Origin: Bdellovibrionota bacterium
Lineage (GTDB): Bacteria > Bdellovibrionota_G > JALEGL01 > DATDPG01
DNA: 64,000 nt
Assembly: GCA_963668355.1 (NCBI GenBank)
Contig: OY764265.1
Location: forward strand, 1,856,001 to 1,920,000
Reading direction: 5' to 3'
A program made the translations under genes and the position numbers. The notes beneath the pieces are model-generated. The model was not told where the DNA came from, made no database searches, and saw only the letters and a program-made list of their open reading frames with translations. Below, piece by piece: positions 1-11,758 of the stretch (its first letter is position 1; each line of letters begins with the position of its first letter).

Positions 1-985
1 GGTAGGATAAGGTCACTTGAAGCCAGAGGGGGATGATCAGAGATCGCTCCCCAACCACCACGTCATTCACGGTGTATTGCCCCCATGGGGTGATCATATT
101 TCCCCAATAGGGAAACCATTTTCCACTCCACCCATAGGCAGTCGTGAGGATGAACATTCCACCCCAAAAAAGCCATTGCCGAGCGTTCTTCGTTTCAAAG
201 AAGAGAGGAAAACTCATCGGAAATAAGAACAATCCCAGCATCTGAGCGACGCTAAAGAAGTAGAAAACGAGCAGAGATGTGGAATGGAAGGTGGGGGTCA
301 AGTGCGTAAAGTCTGGGTTCATTTGGGAAAACCACAAATCTGCAAGGAGACCTCCCAAGAAGGGAAGGAGAAGTGCCCCGCTCCAAACCATGCGATGTTT
401 TGAGGGGTGCAAAAATAGGAAGCTGATGGCCACAGAGAAAGGGAGAAGAATTGCGTTTGGACGGGTGGCCGTGGCAAAGCAGGCCACGAGAGAGGCGAGT
501 CCCAAAATTTTCAAACGATAATTCTCCTGGGCTTGGACAAAGAGGGCCAGCGAAATGAGGGAAAATGACAGTGTGGGGATGTCGGTCATGGCGGTTCCAG
601 ACAAGAGGAACGTTAGTGGCGAGAGAGAAAGCGTGGCCGTTGCCAATAAAGCGATTCCGCGCGAGATTTTCATTTGTCGGGTTAGGATGAAGAAAAATGC
701 CACGGAGCCCAAGAACGAGAGGAGAAGGGTGCTGACTCTCAACACAAAATGAGAAGGTCCAAATAGTAGAACGAAAGGCGCTTGATACAACCACTGACCG
801 ACGAGAGGAACGGAGGGGCCAAAATGAGTCAATCCTTGGCCTTCCAAGAGATGAAATAACCCTTTTGTATAGGCCCAAGAATCGTTTAAGGGAAAATTTT
901 GGGCCCACGGGGGGAAAAGAAGGAAGAGGAGCCCCCAGGGGAGATAGAAGCTGAGAATGATGAAAAAATCTTTTCGAGAAAGCAT
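1..985 (-). CDS. GT-C (GT39/ArnT-like) polytopic membrane glycosyltransferase, runs off the left edge
   Basis: Not in the ORF track. Manual translation from ATG at 985 gives MLSRKDFFIILSFYLPWGLLFLLFPPWAQNFPLNDSWAYTKGLFHLLEG...LVGQWLYQ: first TM followed by an FPLND-WxY acidic loop typical of GT-C proteins. Only the first ~200 nt were translated by hand. Confidence 0.7.
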   Translation of the reverse strand, partial: MLSRKDFFIILSFYLPWGLLFLLFPPWAQNFPLNDSWAYTKGLFHLLEGQGLTHFGPSVPLVGQWLYQAPFVLLFGPSHFVLRVSTLLLSFLGSVAFFFILTRQMKISRGIALLATATLSLSPLTFLLSGTAMTDIPTLSFSLISLALFVQAQENYRLKILGLASLVACFATATRPNAILLPFSVAISFLFLHPSKHRMVWSGALLLPFLGGLLADLWFSQMNPDFTHLTPTFHSTSLLVFYFFSVAQMLGLFLFPMSFPLFFETKNARQWLFWGGMFILTTAYGWSGKWFPYWGNMITPWGQYTVNDVVVGERSLIIPLWLQVTLSY

Positions 986-1208
986 GTGTGATTCCCTTGG
1001 GAGAGTTTTTACGATACCGAATTTAGGCTTGACATGCATTTTTGGCGTTTGACGCGCCGTAGCTATTCCAAAAAATGTGCCAAAATAAATTATTGAAATC
1101 ATTAGAGAAAAACGGCTTTTGAACACTTTCAAGTTGGCATGGTTCTTTCCGGGGTGTATCCTATAAGTTCAATGTCCCGAGGCATTTCGTTAGGAGGGAA
1201 ATGAATTT

Positions 1209-2654
1209 ATGGCATTAGAGCTTCGCCAAAGTCTTAAACTCAGCCAACAACTTGTTATGACGCCTCAGCTGCAGCAGGCGATCAAACTTCTTCAACTCAA
1301 TCGCCTGGAGTTAGCGGAACATGTCATGGAGGAACTCCTTGAGAACCCTGTTTTGGAAGAGGGCCTTGAGGATCTGGACGAGGAGAAACAACGGAAGGAA
1401 GCTTCCCAGGAAAAAGTAGAGGTCCAGAAGGAAAAGACCCAGGAGGTTAACCCTGAAAAGGGCGAAGGAACGGATGATATCAACTGGGAAAATTATCTAA
1501 ATAGTCAGCAATATCAGCCGGTTACGGGTGGTGGGTTCAAGGATGTCGATCCGGATCTTCCGACGTATGAATCGACGCTCACGCGGAAGGCTTCCCTCAC
1601 TGACCATCTGCATTGGCAACTTCAACTTTCGAAGTTTTCCCCCCGAGAAATGGCCATCGCGGAGAGAATTATTGGAAACCTAAATGATGATGGGTACTTA
1701 CAGGCCGACGTCGAGGTGATGGCCAAGAAAGAGAAGGTCACTCCTGAGGAAGTTCAAGGGGTGTTGCTTCGCCTGCAACGATTTGACCCTCTTGGGGTGG
1801 GAGCGAGGGACTTGAGAGAGTGTTTGCTCATCCAGGCCAAGACGCTGGAAGACAATGCCCTTTTGGTCAAGGTCATCGAAAAGCATCTCAAGGACCTGGA
1901 GCGAAAGGCTTATCCGGCGGTCGCCAAGGCTTGTGGAGTCTCTCTTGAAACAATCATTGAGATCGTCAAACGCCTGGGCACATTGGAACCCAAGCCGGGT
2001 CGCCGCTTTTATGATGAAAGTGCGCAGTACATCACTCCGGATATTTATGTGCATAAGGTTAAAGACGAATTTGTGATTGTGTTGAACGAAGATGGTTTGC
2101 CCAAATTACGAATCTCCAATTTTTACCAAGCTCTATTGAGGGGAAAAGAATCCAACAAACTCACGAAGGAATATGTGAATGAAAAGCTCAGGTCCGCAGT
2201 TTGGTTGATTCGGTCCATCCACCAAAGACAGCGAACGATATATAAAGTTACTGAATCCATTGTGAAAATGCAGAGGGATTTTTTGGAGAAAGGAATTTCT
2301 GCCTTGAAACCGATGGTTTTGCGCGATGTGGCAGAAGATATTGGGATGCATGAATCCACGGTTAGCCGCGTTACATCTAACAAATTTATCCATACGCCTC
2401 AGGGCATTTTTGAACTAAAGTACTTTTTCAATTCCAGCATTCGAAGGGTTCAGGGGATGGACATGGCTTCGGAAGCTGTGAAGAATAAGATCAAAGAGAT
2501 CATTCAGGGCGAGGATATGAAACGACCTTATAGCGATCAAGAGTTGGTGGAGTTGCTTCGGCAGCAAAACATCGATATTGCTCGTCGTACGGTGGCCAAG
2601 TACCGGGAGATGTTGGGAATTTTATCCTCTTCCAAACGTAAGCAGCTTTTTTAG
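1209..2654 (+). CDS. rpoN: RNA polymerase sigma-54 factor
   Basis: Gln/Leu-rich region I (MTPQLQQAIKLLQL), HESTVSR helix-turn-helix, RpoN box ARRTVAKYR; RBS AGGAGG. Confidence 0.99.
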   Translation: MALELRQSLKLSQQLVMTPQLQQAIKLLQLNRLELAEHVMEELLENPVLEEGLEDLDEEKQRKEASQEKVEVQKEKTQEVNPEKGEGTDDINWENYLNSQQYQPVTGGGFKDVDPDLPTYESTLTRKASLTDHLHWQLQLSKFSPREMAIAERIIGNLNDDGYLQADVEVMAKKEKVTPEEVQGVLLRLQRFDPLGVGARDLRECLLIQAKTLEDNALLVKVIEKHLKDLERKAYPAVAKACGVSLETIIEIVKRLGTLEPKPGRRFYDESAQYITPDIYVHKVKDEFVIVLNEDGLPKLRISNFYQALLRGKESNKLTKEYVNEKLRSAVWLIRSIHQRQRTIYKVTESIVKMQRDFLEKGISALKPMVLRDVAEDIGMHESTVSRVTSNKFIHTPQGIFELKYFFNSSIRRVQGMDMASEAVKNKIKEIIQGEDMKRPYSDQELVELLRQQNIDIARRTVAKYREMLGILSSSKRKQLF

Positions 2655-2707
2655 GATGGAAGCGCTCTTTTTTAACTTAAGAAACCCTCAAAGAAAGGAC
2701 TCCGTTG

Positions 2708-3028
2708 ATGAAGACCACAATCACTTTTCGACACGTACAATCCAGTGATGCTTTGAAAGATCATGTAAATGCTAAGCTTGAGAAAGTCGAAAAGTATGTG
2801 AATGATCCCGCGGAGGTTCACGTGGTATTGAGCGTGGAAAAAGGACGTCATACGGCTGAACTCATTTTAAATGCAAAAGGCATACAGGCACAGGGGACTA
2901 TGACTTCCGGGGATATGTACACATCCATTGATGGTGCCGTGGATAAAATCGAAAAAACGGCGCGTCGCACACATGACAAAACCGTGAACCGGAAAAAGCA
3001 GATCAATCGACCCGAAACGGGAGCCTAG
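2708..3028 (+). CDS. hpf: Ribosome hibernation promoting factor (short HPF/RaiA)
   Basis: ITFRH...DMYTSIDGAVDKIE motif; canonical position after rpoN. Confidence 0.95.
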   Translation: MKTTITFRHVQSSDALKDHVNAKLEKVEKYVNDPAEVHVVLSVEKGRHTAELILNAKGIQAQGTMTSGDMYTSIDGAVDKIEKTARRTHDKTVNRKKQINRPETGA

Positions 3029-3087
3029 AACGAAACTTGCTGTTCGAGAGATTGTACGATCCGACAAGATCGTATACCTTTCGACCG

Positions 3088-3549
3088 GTGAAGCTAATCG
3101 ACATTATACAAGAATCTCTGATTTATTCGGATCTGGAGTTCCAGGATAAGGAGAAGTGTCTTCGGTTTATGACCGAGAAGATCGCTGAAACCATACCTTC
3201 CCTGGATGCGGATCGCGTTTTTTCCGTCATTATGGATCGGGAACGTTTGAGTTCAACCGGAATCGGGAGTGGCATTGCCATTCCTCATGCGAAGATGGCC
3301 AATTGCCTAAGGCATGTGGCGGCGATTGGGCGAATTAAAACCGGACTCCCTTTTGATGCCATTGATAAAAAACCGGTGCATCTGATTTTTTTGATTTTGG
3401 GTCCGGAAGGCGCCAACGAAACTCATTTGAAGGCCTTGGCGCGGATTTCAAAATTTCTTCATGATACGAACTTTCGTGATCAATTAATTACAGCCAAAAG
3501 TAGTCAGGAGATCTTTCAGGCGATCTCCAAAAAAGATTCGGAGTATTAA
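3088..3549 (+). CDS. ptsN: PTS EIIA(Ntr)-type protein
   Basis: RERLSSTGIGSGIAIPH phospho-His motif and HLKALARIS; start moved to GTG 3088. Confidence 0.93.
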   Translation: MKLIDIIQESLIYSDLEFQDKEKCLRFMTEKIAETIPSLDADRVFSVIMDRERLSSTGIGSGIAIPHAKMANCLRHVAAIGRIKTGLPFDAIDKKPVHLIFLILGPEGANETHLKALARISKFLHDTNFRDQLITAKSSQEIFQAISKKDSEY

Positions 3550-3552
3550 GCT

Positions 3553-4410
3553 TTGAAAGCGGTCATTATCACGGGGCTTTCGGGATCTGGAAAGTCTGGC
3601 GTCGTCAAGACCCTGGAGGATATTGGCTATTATTGTGTGGATAATCTCCCGGTTGCCTTGGTTCGAACCTTTGTGGAACTTTCTGAAACCCATGGCGGAG
3701 AAATCCAAAAATTGGCGATGGTTGTGGATGCTCGGGATCAACGCCACATCAACCAGCTTCCCAAGACCATTCAAGAACTCAGTGCTGAGGGACATATCTT
3801 CGAATTGGTTTTTCTCACCGCGAGTGACGCGGTTCTGAGCCGAAGATTTAAAGAAACACGACGAAGGCATCCGATTTCTCCAGATGGATCTGTCAAACAA
3901 GGGATCAAAAAAGAGAGAGCTATTCTGGAACCCCTCGTGGAGTTAGCCAACGAGGTTTGGGATACGAGTGATTTTTCCCCGAGTGATTTGCGTAAGCATG
4001 TATTTAAAGCTTTTTCGAAAGAGCGAAAGGCTCAAAACTTGTCCGTTCAAGTTCTTTCCTTTGGCTTTAAATATGGCCTGCCCGCAAACGCGGATGTTGT
4101 GTTCGATGTCCGTTTTTTGACCAATCCTTTCTTTAAGGAGAAATTGAAACACAAAAGAGGAACCGACAAGCCGGTTCAAAAGTTTGTTTTGGAGCAAGAG
4201 GATTCAAACGGCTTTTTATCTCATATGGGAGACATGCTTTCCTTTTTGCTTCCGCGATATGATCGGGAAGGAAAGAGTTACTTGGTTATTGCGATTGGGT
4301 GTACTGGAGGAAAACATCGCTCGGTCGTGATGGCTCAAGAGGTCTTCTCAATCGTAAAAGAGAAGGGGTACGTGGTGACGTTAAATCACCGTGACATCGA
4401 ACGAGAATGA
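3553..4410 (+). CDS. rapZ: RNase adapter protein RapZ (P-loop NTPase)
   Basis: GLSGSGKS Walker A, VDNLP, SFGFKYGLP, GCTGGKHRSV. Confidence 0.97.
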   Translation: MKAVIITGLSGSGKSGVVKTLEDIGYYCVDNLPVALVRTFVELSETHGGEIQKLAMVVDARDQRHINQLPKTIQELSAEGHIFELVFLTASDAVLSRRFKETRRRHPISPDGSVKQGIKKERAILEPLVELANEVWDTSDFSPSDLRKHVFKAFSKERKAQNLSVQVLSFGFKYGLPANADVVFDVRFLTNPFFKEKLKHKRGTDKPVQKFVLEQEDSNGFLSHMGDMLSFLLPRYDREGKSYLVIAIGCTGGKHRSVVMAQEVFSIVKEKGYVVTLNHRDIERE

Positions 4411-4691
4411 AGCACGTAACTGCAATCGTCGTAAACGAAAAAGGTCTACACACCCGGCCATCCACGGTTTTGGTGAAAACCGCCATGACGTTTCAATCCG
4501 ATATTGAGATTTCTCTCAATGGAGTGAAGGCGGACGGAAAAAGTGTGATGGGGTTGTTGGCCTTGGGAGCTAAAAAGGGATCAGAGCTGAAGATTGACGT
4601 GAGTGGTGTAGATGAAGAAGAAGCGGCGCAGACCCTACAACAATTGATATCGGAAGGAATTTCCGAGGAGGTGCAAGTTGAGCCGCACTGA
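4407..4691 (+). CDS. ptsH: Phosphocarrier HPr/NPr
   Basis: GLHTRPS (His15) and DGKSVMG (Ser46) motifs. Confidence 0.95.
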   Translation: MKHVTAIVVNEKGLHTRPSTVLVKTAMTFQSDIEISLNGVKADGKSVMGLLALGAKKGSELKIDVSGVDEEEAAQTLQQLISEGISEEVQVEPH

Positions 4692-6435
4692 AATTCGTCG
4701 ATCTGGAATCCCCGCATCTTCGGGGGTGGCGCTGGGGTACGTACATCTATTGGATCGAGAGAAAGTCACCCTTCCCAAAAAAAGACTTTCCGTGGATGAA
4801 GTCGAAGCGGAAGTAGAAAAATTTGACCAAGCCCTCGAACAAGCGAAGAAGCAGTTGGTTGAGCTCAGGAAACGATTCAGTGAAGAACAAGGCGATGAGC
4901 ACATCTACTTGATCGATGCTCAGCAATTGATGCTGGAAGATAAAAGCCTAACGGAAGACACGCGGGAGACCATTCAGAATGAACGAATCAATTCCGAATG
5001 GGCCCTGCAAAAGAGCATTGAAAGATTTCGAAACATGTTCAATCGAATTGATGATGAATATTTTCGAGATCGCCGAAGCGATATTGAGTACATCGAGGAG
5101 AGGCTCTTGCGCATCCTCGTTGGAAGCCGAGAGCAGGAATATGTTTCCCTCCAAAGACAAGCCCTCGTCATTGCTCACGACTTGGCTCCTGCAGATATGG
5201 TTAAGCTAAATCGTGACCATTTAGTGGGTTTCGTGACCGATACGGGGGGAAGAACCTCCCATACGGTCATCATTGCCCGTTCATTGGGAATCCCCATGGT
5301 GGTCGGGATGCAAGATTTTTCAATCCAAGTTGAGAACGGTGATCGAATCATTGTGGATGGTTCGGAAGGGTTGGTGGTGTTGAACCCTTCCTCAGAAACT
5401 TGGGCCGAATACGAAAAGAGAAGAGAATCCTTCTTGGATAGTCGAAAAGAACTTCTTCAAAATCGCCACCATAAAGCTGAAACAAAGGACGAGTTTCATA
5501 TTCGACTTATGTCCAATATTGACTTTGTAGAAGAAGTTCCCGCCGTCATCAACAATGGCTCAGAAGGGGTCGGACTTTTACGAACGGAACACCTTTTTTT
5601 GGGGGGCACGATTCCCATTTCAGAGGAGGAACAGTTTCGGCATTACAAGGAAGTGGTTGAAAGCATTCGACCGCAGAACACGATCATTCGTTTGTTGGAT
5701 CTTCCAGGAGATCAAATTTTCTCTTTGCCCAATCAACTTGCCACTTCGAGAAGTTCTGCGTTGGGCATTCGGGGGATTCGCTTGTTGACCAAAGAGCCGG
5801 AAATCTTTCGTCCTCAAATTCGTGCGATTTTGAGAGCGAGTGCCTTTGGAAAAGTGTCTCTCATGTATCCCATGGTGAGTTGTGTGGAAGAGGTCCGGGA
5901 GGCCAATGCTTTCGTAGCCGAGGTGATGGACGAATTGTCCAATGAGGGCATTGAATATGACTCAGATATTGCCATCGGCTCCATGATTGAGATTCCTTCA
6001 GCAGCCCTTATGGCGGATGAAATCGCCAAGGAAGTGTCGTTTTTGTCGATTGGGACCAATGACCTTCTGCAATATACGCTGGCCGTAGAGAGGGGGAATG
6101 AATTGGTGGCCAATCTCTACGAGCCTTTGAATCGAGCCCATATTCAATTGATTTCCCAGGTGGTTCGAATGGCTCATAAGGCGGGAAAGGAAGTCGGAGT
6201 TTGTGGTGAGGTCGGCGGAGAGCCTTATTTTATCCCTCTTTTAGTGGGGTTGGAGGTAAATTTCTTGTCCATGAGCCCAGGGTCCATTTCGTTGGCGAAA
6301 CAAGTCATTCGGGATTTGACCGTGAGCGAAGCTAAAAAATGGCTGGAGGAGGTACTTCGATTGGAGACGACCGAGGACATTAAAAACTACCTAAATGAAT
6401 GTTATGGCCAGGGATTGAGAAGTGGCGGTAATTGA
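4678..6435 (+). CDS. ptsI: PEP-protein phosphotransferase (PTS enzyme I)
   Basis: GGRTSHT phospho-His, [18 protein letters not shown]. Confidence 0.96.
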   Translation: MSRTEIRRSGIPASSGVALGYVHLLDREKVTLPKKRLSVDEVEAEVEKFDQALEQAKKQLVELRKRFSEEQGDEHIYLIDAQQLMLEDKSLTEDTRETIQNERINSEWALQKSIERFRNMFNRIDDEYFRDRRSDIEYIEERLLRILVGSREQEYVSLQRQALVIAHDLAPADMVKLNRDHLVGFVTDTGGRTSHTVIIARSLGIPMVVGMQDFSIQVENGDRIIVDGSEGLVVLNPSSETWAEYEKRRESFLDSRKELLQNRHHKAETKDEFHIRLMSNIDFVEEVPAVINNGSEGVGLLRTEHLFLGGTIPISEEEQFRHYKEVVESIRPQNTIIRLLDLPGDQIFSLPNQLATSRSSALGIRGIRLLTKEPEIFRPQIRAILRASAFGKVSLMYPMVSCVEEVREANAFVAEVMDELSNEGIEYDSDIAIGSMIEIPSAALMADEIAKEVSFLSIGTNDLLQYTLAVERGNELVANLYEPLNRAHIQLISQVVRMAHKAGKEVGVCGEVGGEPYFIPLLVGLEVNFLSMSPGSISLAKQVIRDLTVSEAKKWLEEVLRLETTEDIKNYLNECYGQGLRSGGN

Positions 6436-6503
6436 GGTTTAATGCGCCGATTGCGACGAGAGTGGGTCTCGTGTCACGGAAGTGTGTAGAAAAGGAGAAG
6501 GAA

Positions 6504-7670
6504 GTGCGAAAAGGTAAATTCCTGTTTACGTCAGAGTCAGTAACCGAAGGTCATCCGGATAAAGTTTGCGATCAAATTTCAGACGGTGTTTTGGATGCCA
6601 TGTTAAAGGGAGACCCGGAGAGTCGCGTGGCGTGTGAAACGATGGTGGGTACGGGCTTTGTCCACGTGGCCGGAGAAATCACTTCGAAGACCCAAGCCAA
6701 TTTTGAACAGATCACACGAAAAGTGATTCACGATATTGGATATGACGACCCCAATATGGGTTTTGATTCCAAGACATGTAAGGTGACGATCTCTCTTGGC
6801 CAGCAATCCGCAGACATTTCTCAAGGCGTAACGGAAGGCGACGGCCTGTTCAAGGAGCAAGGGGCTGGCGACCAAGGGTTGATGTTTGGTTATGCCTGCA
6901 ACGAAAACGAAGAATACATGCCTTCCCCCATTTACTTCTCTCATGCGTTGACTCGGAAACTGTCAGATGTTCGGCGTTCGAAGGGTCTTTCTTTCTTGAG
7001 GCCGGATGGAAAGAGTCAAGTCACGGTTGAATATGTGGATGGCCAGCCTTCTCGAATTGATGCCGTCGTGGTTTCGACACAACATACTCCGGATGTTTCT
7101 TATGAAGACTTAAAGCAAGGCATTCTGGAAAAAGTCATTAAACCTTCTTTGCCTGCAAAAATGTTGGATGCGCAAACCAAATATTACATCAATCCCACGG
7201 GACGATTCGTCATTGGTGGTCCTCATGGAGATTGTGGCGTTACGGGTCGAAAAATCATCGTGGATACGTATGGTGGTTGGGGTCGACATGGGGGTGGCGC
7301 TTTCTCTGGAAAAGATCCCAGTAAGGTAGATCGAAGTGCCTCCTATATGGCTCGCTACATTGCCAAGAATATCGTGGCGGCCCAGTTGGCAGAGCGTTGT
7401 GAGGTTCAGTTGGCGTATGCCATTGGCGTGGCGGAGCCCGTTTCTGTGATGGTGGATACCGAAGGGACGGGACACGTCTCCGATGACAAACTCGCAGAGT
7501 TGGTGAGAGAGTTTTTCCCATTAAAGCCCAAGGGATTGATTGAGAAACTCAATTTGAAACAAGCGTTATATTTGCCCACAGCGGCGTATGGTCATTTCGG
7601 TCGAGGAAAAGACGGCTTTTCTTGGGAAAAAACCGATATGACGGAAGAGCTGAAAAAAGCGGCTTCCTAA
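6504..7670 (+). CDS. metK: S-adenosylmethionine synthase
   Basis: [28 protein letters not shown]; start GTG 6504 after AAGGAG. Confidence 0.99.
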   Translation: MRKGKFLFTSESVTEGHPDKVCDQISDGVLDAMLKGDPESRVACETMVGTGFVHVAGEITSKTQANFEQITRKVIHDIGYDDPNMGFDSKTCKVTISLGQQSADISQGVTEGDGLFKEQGAGDQGLMFGYACNENEEYMPSPIYFSHALTRKLSDVRRSKGLSFLRPDGKSQVTVEYVDGQPSRIDAVVVSTQHTPDVSYEDLKQGILEKVIKPSLPAKMLDAQTKYYINPTGRFVIGGPHGDCGVTGRKIIVDTYGGWGRHGGGAFSGKDPSKVDRSASYMARYIAKNIVAAQLAERCEVQLAYAIGVAEPVSVMVDTEGTGHVSDDKLAELVREFFPLKPKGLIEKLNLKQALYLPTAAYGHFGRGKDGFSWEKTDMTEELKKAAS

Positions 7671-7730
7671 ATTTTTGCGTTATTCACCCAACTGCTTAAA
7701 AACAGACACTTTTTTTGATGCCTCGATCTC

Positions 7731-7759
7731 TTGACGAGGGTTTCTCAAAGTGTTAGCTT
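7731..7759 (+). promoter_or_regulatory. Putative sigma-70 promoter of the rpsU-dnaG-rpoD operon
   Basis: TTGACG-N17-TAGCTT with a TG extension. Confidence 0.6.
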
Positions 7760-7820
7760 GGCGCGCTTTTTTAGTTCGTTAAAGTATTTGAATTATTGGT
7801 GTTTTGGAGAGTGATGGAAC

Positions 7821-8015
7821 GTGACTAAAGTTCGTGTCAGAGAAGGCGAGTCGTTCGAGGGGGCCTTGCGCCGCTTTAAGAAGCAGTGTGAAAAGGCCGG
7901 AATCCTTTCGGAGCTTCGAAAACGTGAGCACTATGAGAAACCAAGTGTGAAGCGTAAACGAAAGAACGTACAAGCGAAGAAACGAGCGCAGAAGAAACAG
8001 CGTGAAAGAGTTTAG
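7821..8015 (+). CDS. rpsU: 30S ribosomal protein S21
   Basis: [13 protein letters not shown]...REHYEKPS. Confidence 0.98.
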   Translation: MTKVRVREGESFEGALRRFKKQCEKAGILSELRKREHYEKPSVKRKRKNVQAKKRAQKKQRERV

Positions 8016-8088
8016 GCTCTTTCTCCGTTGGCACCTTTTGCGCGATGAGTTGAGTTGCATCCACTCCATCCCAGATCGGTGGTAAGTA

Positions 8089-9906
8089 TTGGTACCTCGT
8101 GAAGTGATTGACGAGATCCGTGATCGGGTGGACATCGTTCGAGTGATCGGAGAAGCGATTCCATTAAAGAAGGCCGGTCGAAATTTCGTGGGGTTATGCC
8201 CCTTCCATGGGGAGAAAACCCCCTCTTTCTCGGTTAGCCAACAAAAGCAACTCTACTATTGTTTTGGGTGCGGTGAGGGTGGAACCGTATTCACATTTTT
8301 AATGAAATATCATCGATATTCGTTTCCGGAAGTGTTGGAACGTTTGGCCCAAATGGCGGGGATTGATCTGACGCCGTATCAAGGAAACCAGGAAGATATT
8401 TCGAAAAGGAAAGAAGAAAGGAATCGGTTGGAAGCCCTCATGGCATATACGCGAGATGCGTATCACAAAGCTTTGATTCATTCGAAGGTGGGGGAACACG
8501 CGCGTGAATATGTGAAGGCCCGAGGGATTTCATGGGAAACCGCCCAACGGCTTAAGCTGGGCTTTGCTCCTGACAGATGGAGCACCCTCACGCAAGCCCT
8601 CTTGAGGGATGGAAAGTCTTTGGAAGATGCGGAAAGACTTGGCTTGGTTGTCCAAAAAAAAGGTCGGAATGGCCATTTTGACCAGTTTCGAAACCGGCTT
8701 CTCTTTCCAATCGAAGACCCTCACGGAAAGGTGGTGGGTTTTGGGGGGCGTGTCTTGGGAGATGATGAGCCCAAGTACCTGAACTCTCCACAATCACTTC
8801 TTTTCGATAAAAGTAAACTGCTCTATGGCCTGGATCGGGTGACTGCACACGCACGAGAAGAGAAGTCTTTATTTGTGGTCGAGGGATATATGGACCAAGT
8901 GGTTCTCGGTGAATCGGGCATTCATAATGTGGTGGCCACTCTTGGAACCGCCCTGACCGATCAACATGCGCGATTGTTAAAAAGGTATGCAGAGAATGTG
9001 GTCATTGTTTTTGACGGTGACTCAGCAGGACTTCGGGCGTCGCGTCGTTCCATGAAGCCTCTGTTGGCTCATGGTGTGGCTGCGAAGGTGATGTTGTTGC
9101 CAGAAGGAGAAGATCCCGATTCGTTTGTTCGGAAGGTCGGACGAGAAAAGTTTCTCAGCCAGGCTGAGGAGGCCTTGCCCATGTTGGAGTTTTTCTTGGA
9201 TCGATTCTACAAAGAGGAACGAAATTTGGGAGAGAAGGCCGAGGCCATCGAAGAGTTGGTGGATGTGATTCGAAGCTCAGAAACCCTGTTTCTAAAAGAG
9301 GCTTTGGTGGAGGAGGCGTCTCGCATCGCTGGTTTGGATAAGGCTGTCTTGCGGGGAGAGCAGAAACTTCCCCTGAAGAGACCTGCTTCTTTGGCTCCAA
9401 AGCCGGCTTTTCGGGCTTCCAACGCGACAAGGAGAAGTCGGGAGGAGTGGGCCACGATCCTTCGTTTGGCTGCTCGTGTGGAAGAGGCGAGGAGAAGGCT
9501 GGATGTCGATCCGGTGTTCGATTGGTTTCCGGATGAAAAACTCGCAGATTTTGCCAAAAATTGGCTTGATCAAATCCAAGGGTTATCGGATACAGACCAA
9601 TCCATCTCAGGTTTGGTGGATGCTTGGGGAGATGAGAATACGCGCCAATTGTTGGCCGGAGCTTTTTTCCATGAGGGAGAGGATTCCTTTGAAGAGGATC
9701 ATTGGGAAAAGGTTTGGAAAGACTGTGTGAAAAAACTATTGAACCGAAAAATTTCCTATTTGAGCAAAGTTGCGACGGAAGCAGACCGAAATGGTCATGT
9801 GGAAAAAGCTGAAGAACTTTCTCAAGAGGTTTTTGAGCTGAAAAAAATCGCCCAGCACTATGAAAAAGGTTGGGATGTAGGCATGGATAAAGGGAGACTC
9901 GGATGA
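8089..9906 (+). CDS. dnaG: DNA primase
   Basis: CPFH...CFGC zinc finger, KYLNSP, VEGYMD, FDGDSAG Toprim motifs. Confidence 0.98.
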   Translation: MVPREVIDEIRDRVDIVRVIGEAIPLKKAGRNFVGLCPFHGEKTPSFSVSQQKQLYYCFGCGEGGTVFTFLMKYHRYSFPEVLERLAQMAGIDLTPYQGNQEDISKRKEERNRLEALMAYTRDAYHKALIHSKVGEHAREYVKARGISWETAQRLKLGFAPDRWSTLTQALLRDGKSLEDAERLGLVVQKKGRNGHFDQFRNRLLFPIEDPHGKVVGFGGRVLGDDEPKYLNSPQSLLFDKSKLLYGLDRVTAHAREEKSLFVVEGYMDQVVLGESGIHNVVATLGTALTDQHARLLKRYAENVVIVFDGDSAGLRASRRSMKPLLAHGVAAKVMLLPEGEDPDSFVRKVGREKFLSQAEEALPMLEFFLDRFYKEERNLGEKAEAIEELVDVIRSSETLFLKEALVEEASRIAGLDKAVLRGEQKLPLKRPASLAPKPAFRASNATRRSREEWATILRLAARVEEARRRLDVDPVFDWFPDEKLADFAKNWLDQIQGLSDTDQSISGLVDAWGDENTRQLLAGAFFHEGEDSFEEDHWEKVWKDCVKKLLNRKISYLSKVATEADRNGHVEKAEELSQEVFELKKIAQHYEKGWDVGMDKGRLG

Positions 9907-11651
9907 AAGAAGACCAAGAGCTCGACAACATTAAGCAGCTAATCGACTCAGGAAAAGAGAAAGGGTATCTCACCTACGAAGAGGTCAATGAAGTCCTTCC
10001 GAAGGATATCGTTGCGAGTGAGCAGATCGACGACATTATGATCATGTTTGGCGAGATGGATATCGCCATCGTGGACAATGAAAAAGAAGGAATTGCTCAT
10101 CGTGAAAAGATGAAGTCTCAAGACGGTTCCGAGGATGGAGACCAGCAAGATCCTTCGGCTGTACGATCCAATGATCCGGTTCGGATGTATCTGAAAAAGA
10201 TGGGATCTGTTTCTCTGCTTACCCGTGAAGGTGAAGTGGAGATCGCCAAACGGATTGAAGAGGGTGAAAATGAGGTTTTGGAAATTCTCATGCGCTCTCC
10301 AGTTGGGGTGCGAGAAATTCTCAATGTTGGCGATAAGCTCAAGCGTGGAACGGTTCGCGTAAGAGATTTGATTCGAGGCATTGATGAGGATGATGAAAAT
10401 TTCGATGAAGCAGGAACCACGGAGAATATTCTAAAGCTCATCGAAAAGATTAAGCGTTTGGATCGACAGAATCGAAAGCAAATTGAGAACAAGAAGCTAG
10501 TTGGGAAGTCGGCTCTGAAGAAGCGTCAGATTACCGAGAAGATCAATCGTAATCACAAGAAAATGTTCGAGACGCTCAAAGAAATCAATTTGAATCGAAA
10601 GTGGATCAATCGAATCGTGTCTCGATTAAAGAGCATGATTCACAAGATTGAGCAGGCCGAGCTGATGTTCGGCGAAGCTGAAGAGAAAACCAATAAAAAA
10701 CTCTCTGAGATGAAGAAGCTGTTCCGTGAGGCCAAGAAAGGTCGAGCGGAGTCCAAGCAGGTTCAAAAGCAGATCAAGGGCATCTCACTCGAAGAGTTGG
10801 TTGAAATTGAGAAGCGTGTCAAAGCCACGGAAAAAAGGCTTCATAAGATTGAAGAAGAAGCCAACATGACCGTAACGCAGTTGAAGGACATGTATAAGAG
10901 GCTCAGTCATGGTGAAGCATATGCAGATGTAGCGAAAACCGAGTTGATTGAAGCCAATCTTCGTTTGGTGGTTTCCATTGCGAAGAAATACACAAACCGC
11001 GGGTTACAATTCTTGGACCTCATTCAAGAAGGCAATATTGGCCTGATGAAGGCCGTGGACAAGTTTGAGTATCGGCGCGGATACAAATTTTCCACCTATG
11101 CGACTTGGTGGATTCGACAGGCCATTACGAGAGCCATTGCGGACCAAGCGCGAACCATTCGAATTCCGGTCCACATGATCGAGACCATCAATAAGCTGGT
11201 TCGAACTTCCCGCTACTTGGTGCAGGAACTGGGTCGGGAGCCGACACCGGAAGAAATCGGCGTGAAGATGGAGCTGCCTTTGGATAAAGTCCGAAAGGTC
11301 TTGAAAATTGCCAAAGAACCCATTTCATTGGAAACTCCCATCGGCGAAGAAGAAGATTCACATTTGGGCGATTTCATTGAAGATAAAAATGCGGTTTCTC
11401 CTTCGGAGGCTGTTGTTGGCATGAATCTTTCGGAGCAAACGCGACGTGTGTTGGCCACTTTGACTCCACGTGAGGAAAAAGTTCTACGCATGAGGTTTGG
11501 AATCGGGGAAAAATCGGACCACACATTGGAAGAGGTGGGACAAGATTTCCAAGTGACACGGGAGCGAATTCGTCAAATCGAAGCAAAAGCCCTTCGGAAG
11601 CTTCGCCACCCGAGTCGCGCTAAGAAGCTGAAAAGCTTCATTGACAATTAA
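9903..11651 (+). CDS. rpoD: RNA polymerase primary sigma factor
   Basis: [44 protein letters not shown]. Confidence 0.99.
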   Translation: MKEDQELDNIKQLIDSGKEKGYLTYEEVNEVLPKDIVASEQIDDIMIMFGEMDIAIVDNEKEGIAHREKMKSQDGSEDGDQQDPSAVRSNDPVRMYLKKMGSVSLLTREGEVEIAKRIEEGENEVLEILMRSPVGVREILNVGDKLKRGTVRVRDLIRGIDEDDENFDEAGTTENILKLIEKIKRLDRQNRKQIENKKLVGKSALKKRQITEKINRNHKKMFETLKEINLNRKWINRIVSRLKSMIHKIEQAELMFGEAEEKTNKKLSEMKKLFREAKKGRAESKQVQKQIKGISLEELVEIEKRVKATEKRLHKIEEEANMTVTQLKDMYKRLSHGEAYADVAKTELIEANLRLVVSIAKKYTNRGLQFLDLIQEGNIGLMKAVDKFEYRRGYKFSTYATWWIRQAITRAIADQARTIRIPVHMIETINKLVRTSRYLVQELGREPTPEEIGVKMELPLDKVRKVLKIAKEPISLETPIGEEEDSHLGDFIEDKNAVSPSEAVVGMNLSEQTRRVLATLTPREEKVLRMRFGIGEKSDHTLEEVGQDFQVTRERIRQIEAKALRKLRHPSRAKKLKSFIDN

Positions 11652-11669
11652 ATATGAAGGCGTAAAGAC

Positions 11670-11745
11670 GGGCCCTTAGCTCAGCGGTCAGAGCCACCGG
11701 CTCATAACCGGCAGGTCCCAGGTTCGAATCCTGGAGGGCCCACCA
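11670..11745 (+). tRNA. tRNA with CAT anticodon, most likely tRNA-Ile2 (lysidine)
   Basis: Cloverleaf GGGCCCT...CCGG-CTCATAA-CCGG...GGTTCGAATCC...GGGCCC-ACCA. The acceptor stem and position after rpoD favour Ile2 over Met. Confidence 0.93.
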
Positions 11746-11758
11746 AGAGGGGAACGAA

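Noticed and set aside
252..908. 218-aa minus-strand ORF in the track
   Set aside because: Shadow frame; the GT-C-like frame from 985 has recognisable motifs.
4678..6435. Enzyme I deviates in the DxGGDK and ENPxLG motifs (DLPGDQ, SSALG)
   Set aside because: The phospho-His and the PEP-binding Arg/Glu/Asn/Asp/Cys residues are retained; no evidence of inactivation.
6436..6503. SAM/SAH riboswitch before metK (or before ahcY)
   Set aside because: The leaders are too short and show no recognisable aptamer.
9155..9973. 272-aa ORF antisense to dnaG (and similar antisense ORFs elsewhere)
   Set aside because: No motifs, and it overlaps a conserved gene.
11670..11745. tRNA as an island integration site
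   Set aside because: Followed by the usual Zn-ribbon-rnhA-rnpB genes; no integrase or duplicated tRNA 3' end seen.
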